Source of the DNA: Microthyrium microscopicum
Taxonomy: Eukaryota
Direction of reading: 5' to 3'
Length of the DNA stretch: 64,000 nt
NCBI GenBank assembly: GCA_010405405.1
Contig: MU004240.1
Coordinates: 1,270,882-1,334,881 of the forward strand
The position numbers and the translations under genes were made by a program. The notes below the pieces were generated by a model. It saw only the letters and a list, made by a program, of their open reading frames with translations, was not told the origin of the DNA and searched no databases. This document shows, in pieces, positions 12,401 through 25,881 of this stretch (position 1 is the stretch's first letter; each line of letters starts with the position of its first letter).

Positions 12401-14216
12401 TTTCGTGACATCAACGAGCCAAGCGATTTACGTTGGCAAGTTATTGCATCGTGCCAAGTGCATCACCAAACATCAAAGACGTCGTACTCTTCATGAAAAA
12501 AGCTCGATAAGATGGACCAAAAAAACTAGGATCTAACAAGGAGTGTAGGTAAAGTACTCTATACAGCACATGTTGGCCAGCAATATACGACCAACCGGCC
12601 CACGGATGTTGTCAGCTATACTGGACATATATCAAACATTCAAATTGTAGCAATACCACTATCATTCTAGGTAAAATTAAGGGCTATTTTGTCCAATAAA
12701 GAAGATAAGGATCACTAACGCAGCCAGTGAAATACACTGCTACTTATATCCGCAATCTCTACTATCGTTGCTGGCAGCATTATCTCCGTTTTCTCGAATT
12801 TCAAACTGTTCCGATTAACCGAGCCAGCACTATCCTGTTGTCGATCTATTTGTACCTTCCAGAAATCTTCGATATGCCTTCTATCACTTGATCCACTGTC
12901 CCAGGATGATGCCGACCTTTTCAAGGAATTTGTTTCTTTCGCTAGATTGCCATGCAGCGGAACTTCAGCGCTGCTCTCTGAGAGTGAAACTCAACAAACC
13001 AGTCTAGCAGACCTAAGCACATACAAGCAACCCTACCAAGCCCACCGTAACGCGAAGCATCAAGCCCTTGTCAGCAAGAAAGCTTGTTTCACCAGAACCT
13101 ACCACCATTTCATCCTCGCCAGATAATACCTCCAAATCTTCTAGAACACATCACATACATCCACCGTCCAGCGATAACATCAAAAGCGGCAGATCCTCAA
13201 CTCTTTATATTAGCAAACCATATGCTCCCCTGAAACACATCCCACAATCCTACCTACTTAACACACCTACCCTAAACAGACAAGCTAGCCCATTTATTTC
13301 AGATCCCCCATATCTACACCAAAACAAGTCTTCGGCGTTACCAGCATCGGTCTTTCGCAATAATCTTTGCTGCGAACGATGGAAATCTTGCAATGAGGCA
13401 CGGAAGATCAGCCATTGAACCCCGTCTGTGCATGCTCATCGTTGCGGTGCGCGTCTACGCGTCCCTCAATCTCCTGCGTTACCCGTGCAATTTTGGACAG
13501 ACTAGTTCACGCGGATGATGGCATGATCGATACGACAAGAGGCTCTGTTGGCACTCCGTAGCACTCTGTGGAGAAGGTTAACTAGCTGTGTTTGACAAGT
13601 ATGGTAAGAATGTGGCGTGGGGAGTTTGCTGTTGCGGATAGATTGGTTTGGTGTTCTTGCCGTGGGTGGTTTTGGGCTTTTTTGAGGTTGGTTTGAGTGT
13701 GATGCTTTGGACGAGGATTGCGGGGTTTACTATTGTTGAGAGTATTGATTGGTGAATAGGAAGGATCTATTGCTATGTAAGATGATTGGTACAGGTGTTT
13801 TGTTTGGTGGTCTTGGTATGATTGTAGTGAATATTGTAAGCATGTGTAGGAGTATTCTGAACTTGACTGGTGCTAGTAGACTGATGTTTATGAATCTTGA
13901 CAGCATCCGAGCATCAGTGCCTACCTAGTCTTCTGCTACTAGACGTTGTGCTAAGTCAAGTTCATAGTCAACTTAGGGTAGCGACGGTTGGCCCTTCGTA
14001 ATCAGCCTAATGGTTTGGTTCGACGACATATCAGCCAGATCAGCTTTCCAAAGAGTGAGGTCACATGTATACAAATCGAAGTTAAAGATATTCTGGGGGA
14101 AAAGGGGGTTTTTGATTATTTACAAGAAATGAAGTGTTGTTTAACAAAAAAAACTTACCTGCCTAGAAGAACACTGAAGCAACCGCCGAAAAGCCATCAA
14201 TCAATCGACAAAATCC

Positions 14217-14663
14217 TCAGCGCAGCTCATCCGCAACAACATTCTTCCCACGACCCTTATACCCACCGTCATCCTCAACAAGACCAATATCTTCATCCGA
14301 GTCACCCGCCACCGAGCCCAACAGAGTGCTCTGCTTGGACATACGGCGTTTAGCCCGCTTGCCATGCTTCACGCTCTTAAGCTCAATTTCCACTGGGACA
14401 GGAGGAGCTCGAGTGGTAGCGATTACGCGCTCATTCTGCTCCTTGATGGCCTTGTCTCGGCGGTAAGCATCGACTTTGGGCTGCAGTTTGTAGTAGTAGC
14501 GTGTGCCGAAGAAGGCCATTGCGAAACCGGCAGTGAAGGCGGCCCAGATGATGAGGGCGATGAGGCTGTGGGAGGGTTTGCATTCACCGTTGACGGGGTC
14601 GATGGTGTTGCTTGTTGTGTTGGCGTGGTGGCTGCCGGAGAGGGTGATGTTGATGGATGGCAT
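14217..14663 (-). CDS. Small single-pass membrane protein, unknown function (148 aa)
   Basis: N-x-T sequons, one TM (LIALIIWAAFTAGFAMAFFG) and a basic cytosolic tail. C/A-rich leader before the ATG. Confidence 0.65.
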   Translation of the reverse strand: MPSINITLSGSHHANTTSNTIDPVNGECKPSHSLIALIIWAAFTAGFAMAFFGTRYYYKLQPKVDAYRRDKAIKEQNERVIATTRAPPVPVEIELKSVKHGKRAKRRMSKQSTLLGSVAGDSDEDIGLVEDDGGYKGRGKNVVADELR

Positions 14664-14978
14664 TGTGGTGGTTTGGTTGGAGCTAAGAACTTGGGGGTTT
14701 GGTATAATCTACTTTGAGATTGTAGTTTATTTGTTGGTTGGTTGTGTCCGGCTCTTGATGTGTGTGATTTGATGATCGGTGGTATACTTGAGATTTGAAG
14801 CTGTAAATATGTTTTCGATGTTGGTCGTGAATGATATAGATGGGGAGAATATCATTCTGTATGTGTGGAGACAAGGCTTTGTTCGGTCTAACTATACTGT
14901 TTGTTATTATCTGGTAGTATACAGTTGCTGTCAATTCTGGTCGAGTGATTTGTTCATGGCTTCATATTAATGATGTTT

Positions 14979-15015
14979 TTGAGAACTGAATAACAATATT
15001 GAGAACTGAATAACA
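14979..15015. repeat. 20-bp-period tandem duplication (TTGAGAACTGAATAACA x2)
   Basis: Exact 17-mer at 14979 and 14999. Confidence 0.8.
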
Positions 15016-15209
15016 TTATGATGTTCTGAATGTAGATAGTACATATAAGGTAAGTGCCTAGAGAATGTATGACATAATAAAAACATGGCCGTATTCCAAT
15101 GATTGTGAGTCAAAGTCCCTTCTATATTGTCCAGCAACGTTAAAAAAATCCAGCGCTTCCATCACTTAAGACAAACGCCTCAATCCTAGGATATCTTATC
15201 ATGATATGT

Positions 15210-18200
15210 TCAAGGCTTAACCAATTGTGCCTTGCGGAAAAACTGCGAAACGAGTTAGTAAAGGAATAAGATCAAGAAGTCTAGACTGAAGACCATACCT
15301 TTAAGTAACCAAAACAAACGACTATCTGACAGATCAGAGCAAACCAGAACCAGCCGTTCAGAAGTGAATCAGAGGCCAAATTGATAAAGACTGGACCAGG
15401 ACCATACTTGTTTGGAGCTGTCGCGCGTGCAAGTAGAGTGACCATAGCACCAACCATCTGAGCAACAACCAAAGCAAATATTATGTGAACCCGAGTCAAT
15501 GTCATGAGCAAGATCATGCCAAAACCAACATCTTGAATAGATGCGAGTACGCCCAACCAGAGCCAAACACTACGACTGACAAGAACACTGCCCACAACAC
15601 CAGCCCAAGGAATATGTAGGCTGATACCAGAGATTGCCCAGAGAGTTTGAGCCCAGCGTGGTGCACCAAGGCCGATTGCGATAATTGGTATAATCCATGA
15701 ATGCTCTTTGCTGAAATAGGAGAGCCCCATAAGTGCGCCGTACCAAACCACGACGAAAAAAATAAGAATCAGAATAAATATAGTCCATGATGGCGCGTTT
15801 TGAGAAGACCATAGGAAAAGCCAGTTTCGAGCGAATGATGATGAGAGCCAGTATCCCTGAAGGATGACCATAATCCAAAACCACTACGGCATGTTAATTT
15901 TAGTCTTCACGAAAAGAATGTTGTTGTAACCTACTACGACAATGGGTCTTCTCAACAAGGCCGTATAGATTGATGGTATACCACCGGGAGTTTGATGATA
16001 ATAGTTTGGGAGTCCATAAAAGAGCACAGCTCCAATTATCCACATAATTATTGCAAGAGGGATTGATATGCCGGTCAGAGTAGCGGCAGACACAAAACTA
16101 TTCGTGACTTCACCAGTTGCTTGAGATCGTGTTTGTCCCGCGCTCCAGTAAACCATAAAAGCAATGAGAAGTTGTTGAGTGCCAGTGATTGCACAGGCAC
16201 GGAATGCCCAAGTAGAAGTTGGAGTGCCACCTGCCCAAGTTAGTTTAGTTAAAGAAAGAAAGGCATCAAAACCTACCCTCAGTTCCAAAGTTCAGTGCAA
16301 AGTAAAGACACCCGGCTGCGGATCCTATTGTGTATAAACCAGCGGCAGTGTCAAATATCCAGCCCTTGGATACTGCAGACTGTGCGCCAATGGAAATACC
16401 CAATAAGAAGAAACTCAAGCCGAAAAAGAGGAATGGTAAAGAGAGAACGTAGACGGTGGGCAATCTACGATATCCAATCCACCACATGAGGGACGAGGCG
16501 AAGTATATGGCGCATAGAGTGTACAATTTCTCGGCCGGCTCACCAATAGCTCCTGTGAGAAGTGTGATTTGTAGAGAGCTGGCGCAAATCAATTGGCCCT
16601 GGGATCTGAATTAGCGGGTAAACACTGAATGGATGGGCGAATAGACATACCAAAGCTAGAATATAACAGTAGAGTGGCCAAGTTCCCAGCTTTTGCTGAA
16701 GCAAGCCTTGAACACCTCGTGGTGCTTCGTATCGGTCGCCAAGGACGTCATTAAACTCAGCTCTGAGATTGGATTTACCACGAGATCCCACTAAGTTCTC
16801 TGTGGAAGATGCTGGGTTTCTTTGAAGAGATGCAACGTGTAATTTCTTGAACCATTCTTTTTCACTCTCCACCAAGTAATCTTCAACACATATACTTCCT
16901 CTTGGTGCTTCCAGATTGCCTTTGTCAAGCTTCTCTGAGAATTCATGATAGTATTCTTCTTTGGAATCCGAAAAGGTTGGTGCAACGTTTCTTTGAATTG
17001 ACATGTCCGTGTAAGCTTGTGAAATAACATCCAAGCTTAGTCTGGGGGATGCCGCTGGGCTGCCTGCTAGAGGACTATTTGTCGCAATGCTGGACGATGA
17101 TGAGCCCGGACGTGAATGTATAGGCAGTATCGGTATCTGCAATTGCAAGTGGCTGCGATTCTCATCCGCCCACTCCAAAGATGCACGAGGTCGCCCTCCT
17201 TTATGTCGCACACTTGTTGGCCTAGAAGGATTTCTGGAGAAAGCTGCAGAAGAGCCCGGCCTTGATGGAGCTGGCGAAACTTCTGTGCTCCCCCGTAAAT
17301 TGATGAAGGAGCCGACCCTGCTCAGGAACTTGGGCGGTTCGAAGTCTTCAAGCTCTTCTCTGAGCGGAGGAGTTTGGAGGCCGCTTTCAGGGCCTGGAGA
17401 TGCTGCTCTTGGGAAGGCCAATTTGGAACTAGGCGAACTGGGCGTCATGTTCCTTTTGCCTCGTCTGAAAACTTGTCGGTTGGCCTTTATCGATTCTGTC
17501 TGAAGCTTCTCGAGATCCTCAATCCATTGGGCGACAGGAAACCTCTGTACAACTGCACGAGCTCGCATCAAAGCTCTCTCTTCTCCATCGGATTTGAGAG
17601 CGGCGAATATCGCTGATTTAAACTGCATTCTCATATGTCGTGGAGAGATCGATTCAACTGTGAACCACCAACCAGGCATGTGCCCGAAGCCCCCAACTCT
17701 GCTACCAATGCAAAGGGCGCCCTTGCGTCCAAATTCAACGGCAACAAGGCCAAATGGTTCGTCTCGAGACGGCATAAGCGCGAACTCGGCGCCACTAAAA
17801 ATGTACGGCGGAAGAGAAGTAAATTCAGGCTTAGAGAAGACTCGATCTGGATATTTCTCCATCAACTTCTGTAGTTTCAGGGCCGCGAATTTTCCGTAGA
17901 GATCAATAACAGGCCCGACGCAAATTAGTTGGGTGTTCTTATTCTTGTGTAGAATTGCAGGAAACACATCAGCGATAAGGTCGACTCCCTTTTGTTGAGA
18001 CCACCGGCCAACGAAGATGAAAAGCTCTGCAGTAGAATCGACTTTCAATCCAGCCCATTCCTGGGTCTGGGCTCGGTATATCGCTCTTTGCTCTTCTTGC
18101 TCACGATCAACATTTGCTTCGGGCAGTTTGGCACCTCTTTCCCATGGAGCAGTATCGGATGGATCAGGATTTGGGAGAGACCCAATTTCCTTCAGGCACC

Positions 18201-21200
18201 AGAAAATAGGATATCTTTCTAAGACGCGCTTGCTGTACTTCTTAGATACTCCGACGGCTCCATATCCAGCTTGATGAGTCCATAGATATCTCGAGGCAGC
18301 GTGAAGAAGATTGAAAACGTTGCCGAATTGTACGTATTTTTGAATGACTTGTGGGCTCAAGTTGAATAGACTAGAGATCTCATCAAGCTGTTCACTAGTT
18401 CGAAGAGGCCACATTCCCTGAAACTCGGCATTGTGCAAAGACAGACAGCAAGGAATAACAGAAGGAAGAAGATAAAGAGGTGCAACAGAGCCGTGATAGT
18501 CGTTAATGTGATAAATATCAGGATTGTACCGTCGAATAGCTTCAGCAATGCATTGATTCCAGGCGGAATAGTAGATTCCACTCTCGAGATCGTCCATTCG
18601 TGGAGGGTATGGCTCAGATTTTGTCCTTTTTCGAAAAATAGGGGCGTCTAAGAGAACGTATGTAATATTGTCAGAAATGTGCTCGTAGACAGCAACAGAA
18701 TATGTCTCGCCGAGTACGTCAACGTCGATATTCGCGATCAATGATTCTATTAAAAGTTAGCTCTCGTAAGAATCTAGATTGCAGGGTCGAACTAACCATC
18801 AACAGGATAATCGATGCCACCTGCACAGGGAACAACCCATATTAAATTTTGATGGGCCAGGTGTTTGGTCATCAAGGACGCCATGACACCGAGGCCACCA
18901 ATCTTGATCTTGATGTTCCACTCCGCAATCTCATACTCCATGGTTGCGACTAGAACAGTTCGGCGTGACGGTGCGCCGGCTGATGCAGCCAATGCATTGC
19001 TCATGCCATCTCGTCCATCACGGCCTCGGGTTCTGATCTCCTCAATCTCGCTTTCTGCTTCCTTGTCTTTTTTACTCAAACTGGCAATGTGAAGAAATGC
19101 GAACCATTTCCGAGGAAACGCAGCAATTCTACAAAGCAGACCACCTTCCTCAGCAGCTCCAAAGCTGTTGTATTTCACTTTGTAGAATGCGGCCATAAAG
19201 CTTCGCGCTCCAACAAAAGCAGTTAGTGGAGGAATGATGCATATAAGCAACATGACTGCCAATTGCAAGTAGGTTGAGCCATGAGGAATAAGAGAATACT
19301 GGTAGGTGCCGTCATTGACGACCAAGCGATAGCCAAATTTTCCCTTTTGAGGTGTAGTCGTGATGTTGAGAACATTTTGTGCAAGAGTATCAGGTGGCAG
19401 CCAGTCTAGAACGCCGTCTTTATCAACGTCCCCATACGATGCGCTCTTGTCTGGTCTTCCATCCGGGTTCATGCCCCAAACGTTGATCAGAACTGTCGTA
19501 GGCCATTCATTGAACAAATTGAAGGTCCAAAGACCCTTTGAATTTTGAGACATTTGGTTGGGGATGCCAGCATCATAGCCATATTGATTCCATTGCCCTT
19601 GGACCCAGGCGTGTGGCCAACGACGAGGCGGGCTCTTGTCTCGGCCGACATCAGTATGTTGAATATGATTGCTGCTACCTGTCTTTGAGCTCCAGTATTC
19701 CAGCATAATATGGTCATCTGTCCAAGCTTGAGCTTTCGTGCCAGTCCAATTCTGCTTTTGTATCTGTATCTTTCCGCCTTTGTAACTCTGCCAAGAGCTA
19801 AAGCTAGAGCCCCAGTTTGTGGAATACCGAAATTTGTCTGCGCCTGCGGCTCTGGGAGTGACGAATATGGCATTTGTAGATGAATCTATCTGAGCAATTC
19901 CTTTGGTATAGTTCGACGACATGGGAAATACCATTGGATTGTCTGACTGCCCGATTCGAAACATGAACTTATCTTTGGATCCTGTGGAGGTTCCTGTCGC
20001 TTTGGAAGTTGCATTGTTAACGGTGTAAGTGTGGACGCCATTAGCGACGTTCTCTATATCGGCCTTGAATGTCCAGACAGTTGGGACCTCACCAACCAGA
20101 TGTGTGCTCGGCGGATTGCCAACCGTGTTGCAAGCAACACTTGATAATTTCAGGGTCGCTTTGGTACCAAGTTCGGTTGTCGAATCAAGGATCAAAGCCT
20201 TAGTGACCGAGTCGCAGTCCATTTCCATGGAGAATCCAATCTGAATGGTGACAGTCTCGGTTTTGTCGTACGCAACTGTCGAATTGATTCTTGTGTCGTG
20301 ACGAGGACTTACATTGGTTATCACAGGGCTTGCCTGCTCCCAGTCTGTTGAAGGCACGAACGCTTTGAATTCCCAAGGTTTGAATGAGATCTGCGGAATG
20401 CATCCATTTGCACCAGTGGCGTTTTCGAAGTTATGGGTGAATTGCGACTTTTCCAAAGTATACTCATCGTAAGGATAGAAGAGGTTTTTGACACGGGTTC
20501 CAGCGGTAAATGCAGAGACCAAAGAGCCATCTTGTGCAGTGTTATTGGAGCTATTGCAGTCAAAGTTGTAAGAGACGGATTCAGGCTCGTTATGGAATAC
20601 CAGCCAAACGGGCAAGTTGCCATGACCAGTGCCAGAAAAATCTTGTACAGCTGCGCTTCGCCCACGATAGACACTCCAGAGTCCAAAGGTTGATGGAATT
20701 TTCCCACTGCCCTTGAGGTACTTGTTGGTGACACGTTCCGATAAAGAAGTCAAGTTGAAACCATCGTTGAGAACAGGGTACTTATTCCGAAGCTCAAACA
20801 TTCTCTTCAGCAGATTCCGCACGGGATGTGATGGATCGCGGTGATCAAGGCTGACAGAATCGTCGTGGCAGCCGAAAGCTGACTTGTTGAATGGCATATC
20901 CACGTAGACTTCTTCTCCAAGTCCGTAGCAGCCGTGCATTTGCCAGGCTCGGGATGACACCATTGGTGCTCTGCCAAAAACATAATCTGAGGCTAAATTT
21001 TCGAGTATGTAGTGCTCTTGTTCTTCGCCAAAAAAAACCATGGGAGCTCCTGGCATTTCCAAAACCGAAACAAAGAATCCAAGCAGTTGACGTTGTGTGC
21101 CGTTCGCTAGAGCTGGCCAACGGAAAACGTCCTGGTTGGTGGTTCCAAATATATGGCGAGGATCGAATTCTCCCGTCATGGCGTTGACAAAATCGTTGGT

Positions 21201-22499
21201 TTGAAGCATTTGATTCCACAGTGATGCCCAATCGACTCCCAGAACACCCCAGGGACTGTCAAGGCCAAGGAAACGGGTGAGGGATCCGTAGAAGTCGTAA
21301 TGAAATGCCGCACCGTCAAGAGCGGTCGATCCAAAAGGTCTAACGAAAGAATTTGGGTCTGTTGTGCCGGTGGTCAGTACTGCTTGTGAGGCATCTGAAA
21401 GCTCCTGATTCGGCTGCTTTCCTCGACCGATGTACACAGCTGCCAGCCTAGGGTCGGCAACAACCTCTCCAACGACTAGGAAGTTATTTTTGCCGTAACG
21501 TTTTGCGCATTGCCGTTGATAGGATGTGAACTCCGCCAATGCATCAACTGTAGCCTGAACAGCTTTATCCACTCGAAACCCATCAATATCGAGCGTTGCA
21601 ATCTGGATACAAGTCATGGCATTGATTTTCTCGAGTACGTCGGGTCGCCATTCACGAAGACGGTCCTGAACTGCAGCAAAGCGAGAGAACTGATTGATGT
21701 AGCTTGGGTATGCGCCAGTACTTTTGATGTCTCCGTACATTTCAAATTCGCTATCACGGCAACCATGGAATTGAGATGTAATGTTACCGGGAGTGAGGTA
21801 GCCGTTTTGCTCGTAAATACGTGGATATGTGCAAGAGGGATCGCGGTTATTGCTAGGCTCAAAATCGTTGTATCGTCGTTCGGAATCTTTCCAGATATAA
21901 TCGTATTCGTCGAAGTTGTAATTGACAGTGGAGTTCTCAAACGAGCCAGCGTAGCCCAGTAAATTTCCCATGGTCGCCATTGTATGATCCAGTACCACGT
22001 ACATGCCTCGGCGATGGATCTCATCAATCACGGCTCGCCAGTCCGCAATGGATCCGTGATGTCGATCGAGTAGAGTGTGATCAAGAGGTCCATAGCCGTC
22101 TGGGCTCCATGGCGTGTTAATCATCATACTTCCAGTCAAGTAGATTGCCTTGATACCCATTCCTTCTAGATAGTCAAGGTCACTGAGCAGGCCTGCAGCA
22201 TCACCGCCAGCTCTAAACTGGTTGCTCATCCAGTCATGTTCAAAGACTGTGCCATTGGCCTCATTATTCGTTGGATCCCCGTCAATGAATCGATCGATAG
22301 TGAGTGCATAGAATGGAAATCGCCAGTTCTTTGGCGAAGGATTATAAGTGTGGTTGTCCCATTGTCCCCAATAGTCCTTGGGCTCCACGGCTGATTGGTT
22401 CTCATTAAGGTTGAACCCGACCTGAAGTGGATCATATCTCAGCGCAAGACATTGTAGCGATCCTAGAATGATCCAAAGGAGTGGACGGTCGAGGAACAT
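15210..22499 (-). CDS. ags1: Cell-wall alpha-1,3-glucan synthase (GH13 + GT5 + multi-TM domains); about 6 exons
   Basis: Signal peptide, GH13 motifs [22 protein letters not shown]5 motifs KIGGLG and EPFGLVAVE, multi-TM C-terminus ending [10 protein letters not shown]. Confidence 0.97.
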
Positions 22500-24582
22500 G
22501 GCATTGATGCAAAAGGATAGTAGTGCACGCGAAAGAGGCGATGCGAATTGAGTGAAGAGGGGGAAAGAAAAAGCCGGTTGGCAGACGAAGAGTCGTATAT
22601 TCCGAATTGAATGATTAGTTCTTGTTAGTTGTTTGCTTCGGATGCAGTTCAGGTGGGCCTTGCGGTTGGCATATCAAGTCCGCCAAAGCCGTGCTCCGTA
22701 GTTGCACGACCGCATCCATGACTGCTTAGTTCGATCTTCTACGCTACTTCCTATTCCATCCCTAAGCTGGTACCAGGCAAATTGAGAGCTATCATTCCCC
22801 TGTAGATCGAACTTGACTGAGGCTGATGATGATCCCACGAACACCCCACGGCAAGTCACTCCTTCTGCTCTTACCGCAGCTCTGAGCGGCCGAGCCTCTG
22901 AAAGGGCGTTTCAGTACCACATTGCGGGAGATCGACTGAGCTAGGATTGATAGACTCATAAGGCTGTGCTGATTTACCGTGTGTGATCGTTTCGAATCAA
23001 GAGCTGCCTACCTACATGATGTCTATGACCTCAGCAAACCCACCAATTGATTGAAGCTACCATGGGCCATTTCTCACCGGCAACCTTCCAGTGGAGCTCT
23101 CAAACTGAGGTGAATGTCAGTCAAAGATAAAATACGTCACGTTTGGGTCGACGGCTTGCTAGAGCCTAGGACAGCTAGAGTAAGAGCTGAATTCAAATGT
23201 CATCCTTACTCCTGAGGTCGCCAGGCAAGTGTACCCTGTAAAGTTTAGCCAGTGTCACTACAACAATTCAATTCCTCGGTATTCGCTTTCTGTCGAAATA
23301 GGATAATTGGCCGGCAATCGTCTGTCAAAGCGGTCAGCGAGACTTGGGCTTTTGATGATGTAGTTGAGAGGTGATGCTGAGTTCTGACCTGCGAAAAAAA
23401 AACCGCTGTTAGTCAACAGGGGCGTGCAGACGCCCCAGCCGCGTTGATCTACATTTCATTTGATAAAATGTTGCCGCAATGCGCCATATAGCCGCCATCT
23501 GCCCAATCAAGTCTCTTGTTTTAGGTTCAACTGGTTAAGGCTTGCGGCTGCGAGAGATATACGGCAAAAACTGGATTCGTACCTGAAATCGTACTGGATC
23601 AGTATCCAGCGTATCCAGTTTGCTGCATAACGAGGCGTCTGTCATCTTTTTCCCTACGCTCAGCCCGTATCAATTCTGGAGACATGGCGCGCTAATCATT
23701 TTCTCATTCTAGAAGGATCAACAACCTCGAGCTCTCGCGGAACATGCCATTCGGGGCCTGTGCGCGTGCGATAAATAGGATCTTCAACCCAAAGTTTACC
23801 ACCTGAATCCTGAATCCTGATGATAGGAGATATCAGCCGCTCAGGAGTTTTCAAGCCCCAGCATCCATCACCTTGGTTTCTCTTAAATCTTTGCGATCCA
23901 CCGTAGTATTGACCTTAGATAAGGAAACGAGCGAAACACAAGCATATCTCTTATCTAGAGTGCGATGATGCGGACCTACTACTACCATGGTTGCTTTCAG
24001 GTCAAGCCCAGGAGGAGACACTGGAGATTTATTCCAGTAAGCAGACTTTGTTCAACTCGTTGAAATGTGCATGAACTTGCAGGCGGTATTGGATGAGGCA
24101 AAGGTAGCTATCATTAGCTCTTGGGTGGTTTTTGGACTCTGAAAGGATGGGCATGTGGAAAACGATCGTTTTTCACCTCTCGAATGGCTTTCATCTGAGA
24201 AAGTACGTATGATTTCGATAAATATCATTCTTTCACTCTTGGGCAGCTTCCTTGTAGACCTAACAAGGTGTGCGGACAAATAGGTAAGAGTCGCAGATTT
24301 GTTTGTAAGACGAAGTTTGAAGATGAAATTTCGTGAAGTTTTGTTTCGCAAGTTGCTAACTCAAAGCATCATCTATCTACAAATCTGGAACAGTAGATAA
24401 CGGTCGGAAAGCTAGAACCTGTTGAAGCAGTTTACAAGGATCAAACGCCCTCATGCTATCGCAATAGCGCCGAACTCAAAAATTGACAATACCGCAATGC
24501 TAAATCCATTTTTCTATTCAGCTTATCAAATGGTCGTAAATTCCCATAGCCTGGACGGTGGACCGCAGTCTGCTTAATGGAA

Positions 24583-25881
24583 TCAAGCAGATGGAGCAAC
24601 ATATGGAGTCTCATACGGACGCTCGGCCTGCGGAGTTATACGTGCTAGATGGCGACGCTCACCAGTAGTCCAGTCCACAATTGCAGAGTGCGAAGTAACA
24701 CGGTTCTAACGCTTGTTAGCTTCGCCTTATGCCTGTCAGGTATAAGAGGAATGGCACTTACATCCCATACAACAACAGTTCCTGGCCGCCATCGAACACG
24801 GGCTTGATAGTCAATTCCGCGGCCAATGTGCGTCAGTAAAAAGTTCAAGATAGCATCGCTTTCTTCCTTCTTCAGTCCCACGATGCTTCGAGTGACTACA
24901 CAATTAGTTGCCTTGCATTTCAGTAGCAAGTTTGTGAAAACTTACAGCCGCCATTGACGAACAAACCCTTCTCGCCTGTAGCAGGGTGAGTGCGAACAAG
25001 AGGATGCTCTGATGTAACTGGCTCCCGTCGTATGACTCCACCTTGTTTGCGGCTATTTTCCGCTTGCTCATATCCTGAGTGGATGGCTTTTAGTCCGTGT
25101 AGGCGCTGCTTGAACTCCTCAGACAATCTGTTATAAGCCTCAACATGGTTGACAAAGGCAGTGTCTCCACCAACTTCTGGAGCGTCGAAGATATACAAGA
25201 AGGTAGTTCCTGGTGGCTGGTTTTCGTAAGTGACATCCGAGTGCCATGAAACAGTACTATTGCGATTGGCAAACACTGGGTTGATATTCTCGCCGCCACC
25301 TTTCTTGTGAACAAGATGGATCTCAGGATAGCCTTCAGGAGCCCCAGACGTAGGGTGGATGTGATGACGCCCAAAGTAGCCTCCAAAGTCGAGGGCTTCT
25401 TGAATTGGCAAGTCCGCGAGATCTTGATTTCTAAAAGCTACAACTTTGCGCTGGGCAACAAGGAGGGCAAGTTGGTCCTTGCCGGCATTGCTGAGCTTGC
25501 TGAGCTGGACTCCAGTAACTTCCGAACCAGTGAGTGGCGTGAGGTGCTCGATTGTTGAACCTGCTAGGAGAAGGTCCTTGAAACTCGGGTCGGCGTCCTT
25601 TCCGTGATCTACATGCTCAAATGGTCGTAGAGGAGGATATTTCTCCCCATGGTTCCAGACTGGAAGGTAATGCGGGTACTAAAAAGTGTCAGTTGATCTT
25701 CGTAGTCGTTTTTTGGAGAGAGCAACTCATTTACCTTGGCTGTTGTATTGCCACCCTCTTCATCAATCGCACGTCTGACCTTGGGCTTTGTACCATTCAC
25801 CTCAGGGTCAGCCTTGACTGATACAATTGGTTGAGCTGTCTCAGCAGCTTGCACTTCCGTGGTAACGATTGAGGCCGACAT
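24583..25881 (-). CDS. TauD/Jlp1-like alpha-ketoglutarate-dependent sulfonate dioxygenase; 4 exons
   Basis: LTPLTGSEV, WHSDVTYE, GGDTAF, HPLVRTHP, VVVWD|NRVTSHSA, RHLARITPQAERP. Confidence 0.93.
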
